A stretch of 64,000 bases of DNA, taken from positions 17,608,001 through 17,672,000 of the forward strand of contig CM052818.1 in NCBI GenBank assembly GCA_028534125.1, given 5' to 3'. The DNA is from Lama glama (Eukaryota). Both the position numbers and the translations under genes were made by a program. The notes under the pieces are model-generated. The model was not told the DNA's origin. It saw nothing but the letters and a program-made list of their open reading frames with translations, and ran no database searches. Shown here one piece after another: positions 1 to 13,174 of this stretch (its first letter is position 1; each line of letters starts with the position of its first letter).

Positions 1-1189
1 AGTTACAATCTATAAGTGTTCTAAATGATAGAGAGTCAATTATCTATCACTTTTAAATGGACATCTTCCTGCGTTAAAATGCCATAGCATCCTGATTTGG
101 AATCTAAGCCATGATAATTAAACAGTGTTCTGCAAAGAGTACCTAAGAATTAACGTGACCTGTCCCTAAACAGAAAGTCAGTTATCTAAGGAGTAAACCC
201 ACAGCTCTTACAAAATCTTTGATGTTGCAGAAGAATTTTACCCACAAAAAAACTAGAGTCCATCATTCATTACATATTGTCCACTATGTATTTAAATATG
301 TGCTTTCTAGCCTTACAGATCTACATGAATTGATGAGTCATCAGAAAATATGGGTTTGGGTAATGTAAAAAGCCAAAAAAACAAAAAACCCTGTGCTTTT
401 GCTGTTCAAATCTTTACCCAGGAAAGGGCTTTACAGAAAACTTTCCTACTTATTAAGTAAAGCAGAATTCATTGAGCTATTCTTGAGGATAGTCTGGGTG
501 ATGATTTGCACTTTCACTATTACACTTTAATTGGAAAGCAAAACGACCATTGTTAGGATTTGCAAAAGCGTGCTTTTCCCAAATACAGGGCTCATTTCCA
601 TCTTTTAGGCTTTTATTTTGTTGTAGCTTTTATAATTTAACATTGATTTTCCCTGGTAGTGTTGCAGTGCCATTTTCATGGAGACAAGGGGGCAGTTTGC
701 GGTTAATTTTGCTTTTTCATTTCAAAAATATTTTGACAATGCGTCACTTGGGGGCTGTTACTACACATTTGAAAGAAGTGTCTGTTGTGGCAGAGGACGT
801 AGATTTGACACTTTATAAGGCATAAATAATAATAATGTTTCCCATTCATATCACATCTGTCATCCAAAGAGCCCAAAGTGCTCTCTGCACAGCGGAGAAG
901 AGTTCTTATACAGCAGACCTGGAAGTTTACGAGATTATACTGCATAAAATGCCGATCAAACGTCAATTTCCAGGATTATGCCTGAAACTCTGTGAGCTGA
1001 GACAGGTGCTCTATCTCTAAAGCTGGAGGGAAAAAAACAAAATAGATGGGCGGTGAAGTGGAAGGTTGGGTCCTGTTAAAAGAAAAATAATCCTCACTTA
1101 TTTCCATGCTCAGTAAAACTCCAGGAAAGGAAAGGGAAGTAACCTTCATTACACAGTTGCATTTTTCACTTGAAATCTTTAAGCGTCCA

Positions 1190-1415
1190 TTTAACCCCTG
1201 TGTGTTTACTGAGAGCCTGTATTGTGCCAAATACTGTTGGAAATACTGTCTGCTTAAGAGATTTCAGTCTAAGTCTTACAAAACCCTGTGAGAAAGATCA
1301 TGCCATCCCATTTCATAGATGGGAAAGCAGAGTCTCAGGTTAAGTCTGAGGTTTCACAGGTAGAACTTTCTGGGATCAAAAAACGTGCTTCAGACAATCA
1401 CTGTGCTCTTGGCCA
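1190..1415 (-). mobile_element. MIR SINE (degenerate)
   Basis: cttacaaaaccctgtgag...cccatttcatagatgggaaagcagagtctcag resembles the reverse MIR core. Confidence 0.6.
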
Positions 1416-2475
1416 TGTGAATCTGTGATTCTCTTTTTGTCTCTCTTACCCACTGCCTTCTCTATAATTTTTAATGGTTTCAAATAATAAATGAACCCTG
1501 ATAACCCTTCTTTACCCTTCTTTTATTATTACTAATGCATAGAACCTATCATTAAGGAGAACCTTACAGTATTATATAGATAGGAGAATAGAAGCCACAC
1601 GCATGGTGTCAGGCACCCACCTACCTAGCACAGGTCTTTTTCCTTTAGCAGCAAGCCCCGTTTGCCTTTCCCGAAGAGGGGAGGCTTTGGCCATTTATTG
1701 TTACTTCTCAGTTATTCCTGTTTCCTCTTCCTTTCTCCAGTCACAGTCTCCTGCCTACCTAGAGTGAGATGAGATCGGAGGGGTTCTTACGTGATTGCAA
1801 AACTTCCACGTGGTAGACAAGGCAAACCTTTTTCCCTCTTAGCATTCTTTTCCAAACTTTCCACATTATCATTAAATGCAAACAGAGCAGCTCTGATCAG
1901 AAGGTGTGCCAGTGGGTCGTCCTCTCTTGCCAGGACCGTTAGGCATACTGCATGATCTAGGGACACTTGGAAGCTTCAAGACAGATGCTAATGATTGCAT
2001 TTTTAAAAACAGTTGTGGGCAAGCAAGAACCTTGTATTCCCCCTACACAGCCAAAGCCTGAAAGAAATAAGGAGAGAAGCACTCTGATGTCAATTTAAGG
2101 TCAGATACAACAAAATCTCTTTAACATGATGTAGGACCTACCACTGAAAGAATATTAGACAGGAAATTGCAAAACAAGAGCCAAGAGTCTTGACTGGACT
2201 GGCTGTGATATCATTACCTCAGATAAAGAAGTCTGGCCATGTTCTAGTATTTCAGTTAAAATGAGGACAATTGCACTGGGTTGTTTCTTTTTTTTTTTTT
2301 TTTTAAATAGGGCTTTATGCTAGATTTTTGCCTAGAAAGATTCTGAGGAAGCGACAGACAATAGTGGTTAAGAATGCAGTCCCTAGGATCAGGTGGCTGA
2401 AGTTCACAGACAGGCTTCACAGGTGCTTATTAACCATGTGACATTGGGCAAGTTATCTAACAACTGTGTTTCCAA

Positions 2476-2836
2476 ACCCCATATACTTTTGGGATTTTCA
2501 TGGAGGCTTCATCACATAGGCATTGTACAATCCTTAACTCCATTTCTAGCCCTCTCCTGTCTGTGGAGAATGAGGAATGGGCTGAAATCCCAAGCTCCTC
2601 ATAACTACTTCATCTTCCTGGTGACCAGCCCCCATCCAGAATCCCACCATGAGTCACTGGAGCAAAGGACACAGCTATGACCCAGGAAACTCCATGGGAT
2701 TTAGGAGTTCTGTGCCAGGAACCAGGTCAGAGACCAAAGATTGGAACAAAAGATGCTCCCAGGGCCCTTATCCCTTAGAAAATTACAAAGGTTTTAGGAG
2801 TTTTGTGCCAGGAAGCAGGAGCAGAGACCAACAGTG
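2476..2836 (-). mobile_element. MER21-type LTR fragment
   Basis: ttttcatggaggcttcatcacataggca, ggtgaccagcccccatcc and duplicated ttaggagttctgtgccaggaa...agacca motifs typical of MER21. Confidence 0.75.
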
Positions 2837-2963
2837 TTGACTGCTTATTAACCACGTGACACTGAGCAAGTACTTTAACATCCCTGCACTTCGTCTGTGA
2901 TAAGATAGTTAAGGAAAACAAAATGGATGAACTTTGACTCACATCTTATCGTTCAGAGTAAAT

Positions 2964-3201
2964 CAGAAGCTTTCAACTAGGGAGAAGTTGCCCTCAGTGG
3001 ACGCGAGGCAATGACTGGAGGTAGTTCTGACTGTCGAGAGTTGTGTGATGCTGGGAGGTGTGGGGTGTGGGTGTCGTTGCTGACATCTAATAGGCTGAGG
3101 TCAAGAATGCTGCTAAACACTCTGCAGTGCACAGGACAGCCCCTCACAACAGAGAATTATTCAACCCAAAATGTCAGTCGTGCCAAGGTTGAAAAGTCCT
3201 G
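2964..3201 (+). mobile_element. MER20 hAT-Charlie DNA transposon
   Basis: atgctgctaaacactctgcagtgcacaggacagcccctcacaacagagaattattcaacccaaaatgtcagtcgtgccaaggttgaaaagtcctg matches the MER20 3' half. Confidence 0.88.
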
Positions 3202-4144
3202 GGTTAAGTAAAGTGACATACATCAAGTCCTTAGAACTCACAGAAAGCACTTAGTAAGTGTTAGCCATTATTATTACTCATTTCAAAGTTCAGTTGCCTT
3301 GGAAACTATTCTTCTTCAAATAGCATTTAGCATGTTACTTTTGATAAAGAAGCTGCATATTCTTATTAAATGTGAAGGTCCCCTCCAATACTTCAACTCC
3401 AGCTACGTTCCACTGTAACGCCCATCTCCCCATTTTCATTTCTTGTTGTTTGTTTTGTTTTGTTTTTTCCAAACACAAGCTCTTAAAACCAGACATGTTT
3501 TTGCTGCCCTCATTACTAGAGTTTTAGTATTTTACTTCTGCCATACCTAGATCCATCTCCTACTAGCTTATCCACATTGCTTCTTTAAGTTCCTACTCGA
3601 GACTTATCCCCACGTAAATTGTGCCTATGTGGCTTTAGCATTCCACTGTTCGGCCACTCTCCATCTCCTCTGTTGGCAGCCATCCACTGAAACTAGGGCA
3701 CAAGTGATGTACTCTCTCCTTCATGTGGGTTTGCTTTATCTCAAAATTAAGGAATGAATGTCCTTCATTTATTCTGTGCCTGCATTTAAAATTTGCTGAA
3801 ATTGGGTGCTCAATCAGGCATTAAACTTTTGTTTTGTTGTTGGTTTTTGTACCTTGAAGACCATTCTATCCAGTGGTTCCTGGATTCTATAGATTTCAAG
3901 AAACAGAAGCAGAAGCACACATTTCAATATATGTAATAGATTTGGTAAAATCTCCTATTCATGAGGCCCTCAGTAAGTTCAGCGTGGGCTGCTAAATTAT
4001 ATAGCACATCAGGATAAAAATCAGCCTTATCAAAACAGAACTCTCAAACTCTGAGTATAATTCAACCATTCAAGGGGTTAGATATGATACGTCTTAAAGG
4101 GAATCTTTAACTTGGGAGCTTATGAAGGCAGTAAAATATTTTGT

Positions 4145-4186
4145 ACAGAATCCCAGACCACACCGACAGAATCCCAGACCACACTG
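4145..4186. repeat. 21-bp tandem duplication
   Basis: acagaatcccagaccacac(c/t)g twice, one CpG/TpG difference. Confidence 0.9.
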
Positions 4187-4716
4187 GAATGAGAAATAGA
4201 TCCAGGTTATTCTACACGGTTGTACCCCAAACAACAACAGCAGCAGCAAATGAAAACAAACCCTCTGGCTCTTCCTTCCTGAAGATCTGATAATAATCCT
4301 TGTTTACAATGGCTGAAAAATGACACATAAGAAAACCAGTGAAACTGAAACCAATACTTTATTGGATGTGAAGTGATTAAATCATGATCTTGAGGGACCA
4401 CTGTTGGAGGGATATTTAATGGCTTTGCCGAGGAAGTCCTGTGATAAGCAAATGTAGGATTTATTTTCAGATTAGATCCCAAGCAGGTAGGGATTCTCCT
4501 CTATCAAAGGGCTTTGAAACCATCATAGTGTGTACTGCAGTGAGAAAGGAGTCAGCCACAAGCATGGACGATCCCCACAGGAATAAAGCTTTCAGGGGCA
4601 CAACCCATTCCATTCTATAGATTAACTAATACAAAACAATATTCAAATGAAAACTACTTTGAAAAAGACTTTATAATAGAGACATTGATAAAAGAAATTG
4701 GCCTTTTCCATTCGCT

Positions 4717-5120
4717 ATATATACTATATATATATATTTTTAATTGAAGTACAGTCAGTTATAATGTGTCAATTTCTGGTGTACAGCACAATGTCCCAGT
4801 CATGCATATACATAGATATATTTGTTTTCATATCCTTTTTCATTAAACGTTATTGCAAGATATTGAATATAGTTCCCTGTGCTATATAGAAGAAAAATTT
4901 TTTTATATCTAGTCTTATATATAGTGACGAACATTTGCAAATCTCAAACTCCCAAATTTATCCCTTCTCACCCTCTTTCCCCTGGTAGCATTGTTTACTA
5001 CGTCTGTGAGTCTGTTTCTGTTTTGTAAATGAATTCATAGCGTCCTTTTTTTTCCTTTTTTTTTTAGATTCCACATATGAGTGATATCACATTTTTCTTT
5101 CTCTTTCTGGCTTATTTCTC
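4717..5120 (-). mobile_element. Lineage-type (camelid/cetartiodactyl) L1 3' end, running into a gap
   Basis: tttttaattgaagtacagtcagttataatgtgtcaatttctggtgtacagcaca...tagattccacatatgagtgatatc is the reverse L1 3'UTR/ORF2 end. Confidence 0.88.
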
Positions 5121-5274
5121 NNNNNNNNNNNNNNNNNNNNNNNNNNNNNNNNNNNNNNNNNNNNNNNNNNNNNNNNNNNNNNNNNNNNNNNNNNNNNNNN
5201 NNNNNNNNNNNNNNNNNNNNNNNNNNNNNNNNNNNNNNNNNNNNNNNNNNNNNNNNNNNNNNNNNNNNNNNNNN
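5121..5274. other. Assembly gap (154 N)
   Basis: N run. Confidence 1.
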
Positions 5275-5279
5275 AAATT

Positions 5280-5400
5280 CTAAGAGGTCAATTCCCTATC
5301 TTTCCTGTTTATAACTGTATACCCAGCTATGGCAGAGTATCTTGGGCCTAGTAAGAGTTTAGTGAATAAATGAATTCTCTAAGTGAATCAATTAATGAAT
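5280..5400 (+). mobile_element. L2 3' end
   Basis: actgtatacccagc...gggcctagtaagagtttagtgaataaatgaa tail. Confidence 0.5.
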
Positions 5401-8400
5401 CTTTGGATACACTGTTACAGCAAGAGCAAGATGGAACTCAAAGTAAAATATCCAGGACAAAGACTCTTACCATGGTGAAGAATTGGTAGCCTGACTTCAA
5501 GGTCTGTGGGATGAATGGAAGTAGAAGAATCTTTAATGGTAAAATTTTTGAAATCATGTATCTATTCATTTCTCCCTTCTCCTTTTTAAAGAAAAACGAA
5601 AGCCAGCAATTGTTTATGATCTATACATGATGAACAATTTGGTGAAGATTTAGCAACAGAACTGATATTTTTTATGGATTGTGACTTACTTCTCTTAAAC
5701 AAGGATAGAGTGGAAAATATATTCATTTGATAAATATGTTAATCCATAGTCTTCACTCAAAATACCAAATTAAAAAGGACATATAAAATGTAATCGAATT
5801 ACAAAACATAATAATTACATCCCAGCTGTATCCTTGTGAAAAAGACTTAATGCCTGATTCCTCTTTGCTTTTACTCTTCCTAGTAATTCATGCCCCTGTT
5901 TTGATCGGGACATGAATGCTATTTTTTCTATGAGAAAAGACTTTGTCTTAAATATGAAATATTCCAGGTCATTGACTGTTGTAGTTTTTAATCAACCCCT
6001 GGAAACTAGAAAAAGAATGCCAGAAAACACTTTGGGGAATAGAAAACTGCCGCTTCTCTGTTATTCTTCTGCCCATATTGACCCTAGACTATTACTGTGT
6101 GTGCTTAGCATCCAGTCCACACTTGAGCTTATTTCTTTAAGCTTAGTGCCAGGTAATGAGAGCTGATTTAGTTCTAGAACCACCATAGACTTAGTTGGCT
6201 ATGTAATCTTGACAAAGAACATTTCTTTGGGTCTCAATGTTCATGTAGAATTAGAATAGAAAAAAGTTAAAATCAACAAAATTAGGACATACTTAATGTC
6301 CACCTATGTCCAGTTTCTTATGATTATTTGCATGCCTCTGTGACTATTTTTCTTTATCTTTAGAATAAATGTCACCACCTTATTTAAAGGAAAAGAATCT
6401 TGAAACTGTCATTGTTTTGGATTCATACACCTTCCAAATAGGGCTGAGCCCACACCTGGAGCTCTCCGTGCTTTCTAGTAGCTGGCAGTGTAGTAAATGC
6501 TGACTCTTGGTGATTAGGCAAGAATTTATTTTTATAAAATTATGTAAATACAGGCCAAGTTACCTGATGGCTCCATTTTTCCCAGGTAGGCATTATCTGT
6601 GCTTATAGACAGACACTTGCATACACAGTTAAGTGATACTATAATTCCGAGGCTGATTTAATGTTTGTTCTCAGTTTATCTCAATTTCCTTCCGAAAGTC
6701 AATACATAATCCTTTGGGTATCCACGTGACCTGTGCTGTTACCGACTAAACATGTTTATTCCTGTGCATCTGCAAATCTGAATTAATTGGTCATTATAAT
6801 GGTTCCTGGTGCCATTTTCAGCAGAGCTCCTAATCTTCTAAAAAAAAAAAAAAGGTTGAAAGATTGAGTTAAGCTTAACACCTTTTCACTTGGAAATGAT
6901 TTTTAAATCTTGTGCTAGAGAAATGCTTTAGGATTTCTGTCTGTAGTGACTTCATTTCATGCCTCTTGGGAAATCTATATTGTCTGTGCTGTTGAGAATT
7001 TATTGTGTGCTGGCCTGGCCCATGGGGGAATCATTCCCTTGAGTAGCTGAGCCTGGTAACCAAAAACACTGTGCAGCAGGACCAGAGGCAAACTGGATTT
7101 TATCGTACCTCATGCTCCAGTCTGCTACTCTGCCTCAGTCACTGCCCTCCGGAGAGTAGAACCACACAGATGGTGTCTGTGGGAGTCTGACATTGTCGGC
7201 AGACTGGTCAGAAGACGGGTTAGCAGGAAGTTCTCGTAGAGGTAGCCTCCTGGTCCTTGGCTGCAGGAGGCTGGTCACAGATGGACAGTTTTAGGTGTGC
7301 TTACCATTTTCATCAGATCTGACTTGGATTTTAAAAATAGGTATAGGTGTAATATCAGGTACCATTGAAGTCTGTTGAATTCATCAGGAGTAAAGAGAAA
7401 CATTCAAAAGAAATCTTTGGTGTGTGGTAGCCAGTACTGCCAAGATGGGACAGAAATTAGCTCGGCCATCCCAGCTAATCTCAGTAAGTACAGGCCATCC
7501 AAACGTACCGAATGTGTGTCTTGCCTGTGGAAGTCCATTTCATCCAAATATCGCTTGGTGTTTTCCTTAGGCAAACTTAAATGATTGTTTTAGTTCCTGG
7601 TTTATTTTGTTTTGTTTTGTTTTCTCGGACAAAATGGACTCAGGAAATTAAAGTCTATTTTTCAAGGTAGAAATAAAGAAATTGCCCCAAGTAGTTGTGT
7701 TGCCTACTGTCTCCCTAGAATGACGAATTAATGTAAAGAAGGTGCAAAAATCTATTTAATCCCATTACAAATTAGAATAAGGATCCACAAACCCAGATTA
7801 TGCCTCAGAGCTCCCGATGTGTTAGAAAGAATAGTGATTTGGAGGATAAAAATTTGAACCATAATTCTAGATTGATTATAGTAGTTATGAAAATGTAATT
7901 ATAATTTTCTGTGCAGGAAAACATATTTAAATAGAAAGCACTGCAATGGTCTTATTCAGAAGCTGCTCTAGTGAATACTTTGACTGTAAAGAAGAATTTG
8001 GTGTACTTTAATAATTGTCAGGGAACCATTATGATTGTATTACTGTAGTGTGTAATTTTCTTGCACTGGATATGTCTCTCTCTCTGTACGATTTTAATTA
8101 CCCAAAGTAATGACAGACCTTAGTAAATATGCTAATTGTACACAATAGCAATTTTCTCCATGCAGGCATAAAATTCTTGAAAGCGTTTTTGCATTTCTGA
8201 AGGAAGAATTTTCAGGGAACTCATCTGAAAGCCACAGAGGACAGCTTGTATGTGCTCTAAGATTCATTAAAGTCAAGGTGGGGTGTCCTCCTCCTAACAA
8301 ATAAATTTCAAACAAGTTGTTTTTTATGCTACGAGGCTCTGATTACCTTGGTTCTAGCGCTCGTGTGATTTATGGAATGAGAAAATTGAAGAATTTTAAC

Positions 8401-9969
8401 TTTGTCCTTACTTGATAATGACTTTAAATGAACAATCTGAGGACTTCTCTGTTATGTTAGAAAAAAAATTTACTTCTTTTGGGAACTGGTTTGATAATTT
8501 TGAGATCTGTGTAAGAAAAAAGGAAGTTCAGTATGGAGACTGGTGTTCTGGGCATCTGTGGGGCCAGAGGTCTTACAGACCAGCTCTATACTTGATATGA
8601 GTCTTCTGGTTTTAAAGGAAGAGAAGGGGATTGTTTAATGATTTCTCTAATGCCTTCCATCTTTAATGCTCTTTGAGTCTAATCCTCTAGATTCTTCTTG
8701 ATTTCATGTCTTTAGAGAGAACCTTCTGTGCTCATTGTTTGCAGAAATTCTTTCAAAGCCACCAAAGTTCCACTTATGACAAGGGATCACCAAGAACTCT
8801 GGTAGTTCTCCTGGTGACTCTCTTGAGCTCATGAAAAGTCTGTGCATAAGGCAGAGCCAGAGCTAAACATATTTGGCTATTTCCATAAATATTATTTCAA
8901 GATTGCAATAATTATCTAAGGAGACTTTTAGCTAAATTCTTAGTTACTAATGGAGCTTTTTGGAAAAATAAAATTTGGCAATGTAGGATTATTAGTTGAG
9001 ACCAGGCTGAGCTTTCTGGCTCACAGTGATTTGCTAGCTTGTGAAGGTGTTTTATATCATTTATTATGAAAACATCCATCTGACAATAAGCTAGTGGACA
9101 CAGTTTGCATATTAGACCAATAATGGTTTGACTCACCAACCAACTAGCTACAGATCTGTAAAGATTGGGGAAAGAGCCATAATACTGAACCCAAAGACAC
9201 TATGCAAGGACTTACTGTTTAGGTTTAAGTGAGTGAGATGGTCCCCAACTGGACTAAAGTCAAGTCTTACCCAATAGTAAGCACACAGTTGAGAAGAGGA
9301 GAGATACGGCTATAAAATAGCCTTCTCTTTCTGATGTGCTAAAATGGTGGGACAGCAGCATTGTGACAATTTTCTTTCTTTTATTTTTTCAAAAAAAAGA
9401 GAGATATGGATATTAAATAGTAACAAGAAAAACTTCTAAAGACAAAAATAACCAAAGTTCTATGGGAAAAAAATTCATCTACTTACTTGAAAACTTAATA
9501 ATTAAAATTTACAACATCCTCCCCCAACTGTACACACACACACACACAGTGACATTGGGCTCATCTAAGGTAATCTGGTCATTTCTGATAGAAAAAGTGT
9601 TGAGTAACCTTGTATTCTTTGTGTCGTTAGCAGACCAGAAAGTAAACTCTAATCCTGAAGTAGAAAGTTTCCTTTCCCCTCCAGTGACCCTTACTTAACA
9701 GACACATCACCCTCTTCCAGGTCACTTAGAAAACCTCGTGATTGGTCAATGCTATTCAAAACACTGAACCTCTTCTTTAGGGAATGGTCAGATACTTTGG
9801 AAAACATAATTCATGCAGAAAACACCTTCATATATGAATGATCTTTTCTAGTCTCCTGCTGATGCTTGTACAGATGTAAAGAGGAAGAGTGAATTCTCTC
9901 ACCAGATCCTTGATAGACCTCTTGAATTCAACATCCAAGTTTCATAAGAAAGTACAGAGTTATTTGCTG

Positions 9970-10250
9970 TCAAGTTCAAAAGAAAAACTCCTGTGTTTCT
10001 GTCCACTACACTTTCCCTGCAGCATCTCATTTCCGACACCAAATGTATGACTTTTCATACCAAGTAATTCTTCAACTCTCCGTGGACACCACCTGGATGT
10101 CCTACAATTCAATTCAATTCTACCTGCAATTAGGGTCAAATCCCCAAAATTTAAGAGTTCAGTCCCAACAAGACTGTCCCTTCCTCAACATCAGGATGCC
10201 AGTTGCAAGTAAGGTGTCACCTTATTTTCTGACTGGCCAGTTATAAATCA
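9970..10250 (-). mobile_element. MER21-type LTR fragment (other end of the element)
   Basis: ttccgacaccaaatgt...ggacaccacctggatgtcctacaattcaattcaattct...cagtcccaacaagactg...ttataaatc. Confidence 0.78.
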
Positions 10251-10297
10251 CTTTTACTTCACATTTAATGTAAATTCTGTTTTGTTCCCTTGGTAAC

Positions 10298-10492
10298 ACT
10301 GAATCGTAAAGTTTTGCAAGGGACCTTGAAGGTCATGTAGTTTCACTGCCTACCTTGCCTACCTACTGTAGAAATGTCCTTCACTGTTCTTCACCGATAA
10401 TTGTCCAGCCTCACCTCAGTATTTTTAGTCCTCAGGATAGCCTGTTCCGTTGTTAAACAGCTCTGATTGTAAAGACGTGTGGTCTTATCTAT
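10298..10492 (-). mobile_element. L3/CR1 fragment
   Basis: aagggaccttgaaggtcatgtag and ttccgttgttaaacagctctgattgtaaaga resemble CR1/L3 3' sequence. Confidence 0.5.
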
Positions 10493-11235
10493 CAAATTTA
10501 ATAAACTTCTATTGAATATTTATTATCTACACTGTATGAGGCCCAACCCCCAAAACAAAGATAAACAAAATATGGTTGAACCCTGCAGAGAGAATTTTAA
10601 TCAAGAGTGGAGTTTTGTGTACAAAAAACAGAGACATGGGATTAGTATATTAAATTTGTAGTGATACCGTGAATATGTTCTACGAGCAAAAATGTCCAAG
10701 GTACTTTAAGTACCTAATTATGGAAGAGGACATTTTATCCATTTCTTGAAGGGCAGGCATGTCAGCAAGTGGCAATGAGTACAAAAGCAGCTAGGAGATC
10801 AAGGGAGAAAGTCCATGCACAGGTTCAAGGGATGGCAGAGAATAAGGTTAGGGCGGCGTGTGGGGTGTGAGGGGGGGATGCATAACAGAAGCTGAGAAGG
10901 CTCATAGCGGGCGGGTGGTAGGGAACCTGCTACAGGGGTTCGACTTGTTCTTCAGGCATTGATATGTTTCAAGGCAAGGAATGGAATTCTTAGAGCTGTG
11001 CTTTGGGAAAACCTCTCCATCAGCTGGTGGTAAAGTGATCTAAGGGAGGGACTGGAAGCTGAGCAACCACTGGAAAGACCATTGCAGTAATTCAAGGAAG
11101 AGGTCATGAGAATCAGAACCAGGGTAATGGCAGTGAGACTGGGGTGTAGGTGAGGGGGACATTGCTGAGTCAACAGGACTTGGCCACTGATTGAATGTGA
11201 GGGTTGAGAACAGAGGGGGAAGATGTCAAAGAGAA
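10493..11235 (-). mobile_element. L2 LINE fragment
   Basis: gaaagaccattgcagtaattcaaggaagaggtcatgag...cagggtaatggcagtgag...caacaggacttggccactgattgaatgtgaggg. Confidence 0.7.
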
Positions 11236-13174
11236 AGGGGGCAGTTGGAGGAAATTCCACGTGCACAATGCGCTTAGGGAGGACCCGTCAGGTGTAAGAA
11301 CAATGCCAGTCAGCGATGAGGCAAAAAGGCAACGAAGGTGTAATTCCATCTGTTCATTGTGTTATTTCAGTGGCACAAGTGCTAGTGGCTAACTGCTACC
11401 TCCCAGACGTTCTCTGCAGTGCAAAATATATTCCCATAAAACAAACAAGTCAAACTGTGACTTAAAAAAAGAGAATGGCCTTGGGTATGTGGTATGTTGT
11501 CCTCACGTGGAGACTTAGGGGAAAAGCATTCTAAACTGAGGCTTCAGTATGAGCGAAGACATACAGTTGTGAAAATGCAGTCTTTTAGAAAATGTGGTGC
11601 AGACACAGAGTTACTAGAATGCAGGGAAGAGCAGAAGACGAGGATGGGAGTAATTTAGAGCAGATGCTTGGAGAATATGGGATACTTCACAGAAGAGGTT
11701 AGACTTGAGTTCTCTGGACAATGGGGTGCTCTGGAAGAGTGTGGTTTTTGTTGTTGCTGTTTGTTTTGTGTTTAGCAGTCACGTGAACTTGTTTGCTCTG
11801 GGTTGTGAAAGATAATAGTGATGAAGAGTGGATGGTAGGTTCAGTGATACGAAATCTGAAGGCGCTGGACCGCAGTGCGTAGAGTCTCCCAGTTGTCCAG
11901 GTAGGCTCTGCTGGCCCGAAGAAAAGCAGCAGGCTGGCCACACGGGGGGAGATTTAGAGCACATTATCGGAGTGGAGCACGTTCCTGTCCTCTCCAGTGT
12001 CGGGAATCAAAATCTAACACTTGTGGGAAAGTCCGTCTCTTCCTAAAAGATAATCTTCTTTCCTGCTCCCCGCCGTTTATCATACCTTGGTTCTGCGTAG
12101 CATTTGGTTGTATTAACGTTATGGTTCACTCCTGCCAGTTTTCCTACTATCTTTTCACAGTGGGTAGTTACATTAGGAGGATTATTTTGTCTGGCACTTG
12201 ATAAGAACATGATGTATTGATTGGTAATTCCTTTATTATTTTCTCTGCAGCAGGAATACTAAGTACATTTGAAATATTCAATAGGGAATGAAGAAGAAGG
12301 ATCGCGGTTTCATGAAGCATTTATTATTCCTTTGGTGACTGTGGATTATTACTTGGCTGCAGGGCCACAGGCTGTCCCACTGTTTTCTAAACTATGCGGC
12401 CCTCACGACGCCATGTTTAAACAGTCAGCGTTTGAAGCTGCGGATCTGTGGAATTCTGAAAACGTTGCCAGAGCTTTATGAGATGGGCAATAAGCTTTTA
12501 CCTCCCTCTGTCTTTCCTGCAGAATTCTAAATTATTTTCATTTGCACTTTAACTAAATGCATAGAGTAAAAAATGAATATGAGTAATCCGTAGTGGGGTT
12601 TGGGAGACATAATGCACCTAACATTCTCTGCCTGGACTATAATTCATAGTGTCAAATTACCAACGTTATTATTACAAACGAGTGCGTGTGAACGTCACCC
12701 ATCTTCGCGTATTGATTTGAGAGGCAAAGGCAGAGGGGAAGGGAGGGTAAAAGAAGAGATGACTTTGAAAATTCTGTATATTTTCAGAGGAAAAATACAA
12801 ATAAGCAATTCAAGATTCAATATTAAAACCCCATTTTGGCAAACCATAAAATTTGATATGCCACATAGCCTAAATTGGGAATAGTGAAAAGTCTCAAGAA
12901 AACTACCAAAACCATGAAAGAGAAAAATAATCTGCCTACCAAAAACAAAAACAAAAACAAACAAAAAAAACCTCATAGCAGTTGACACCAGAGGATACCA
13001 AAGATTCTTCCACATTTTTTTTACATATGTGTTCTTGGGAGTTTTGAGAGACTAAGAAATAGTTCGCAGAATGACAAAAGCTTAATAAGGAGTACAGTAA
13101 ACATTTTATTCTAATTGAAAGAGGTATGAAACACAAGTCTTTCCTCATGCCCAAGGGTGTACATGAAATGCCTA

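Larger units (their letters stand above)
2358..3278 (+). mobile_element. MIR SINE split by MER21 and MER20 insertions
   Basis: MIR head agtggttaagaatgcag, core gtgacattgggcaagttatctaac, tail cacttagtaagtgttagccattattatt. Confidence 0.65.

Noticed and set aside
4145-4186. Short direct repeats (also 42222-42267) as CRISPR-like arrays
   Set aside because: Two adjacent copies without spacers in a mammalian intron; simple slippage duplications.
11861-11883. Possible REST/RE1 site
   Set aside because: Needs an insertion and several mismatches; other cagcacc hits (about 30046, 50630) are half-sites only.
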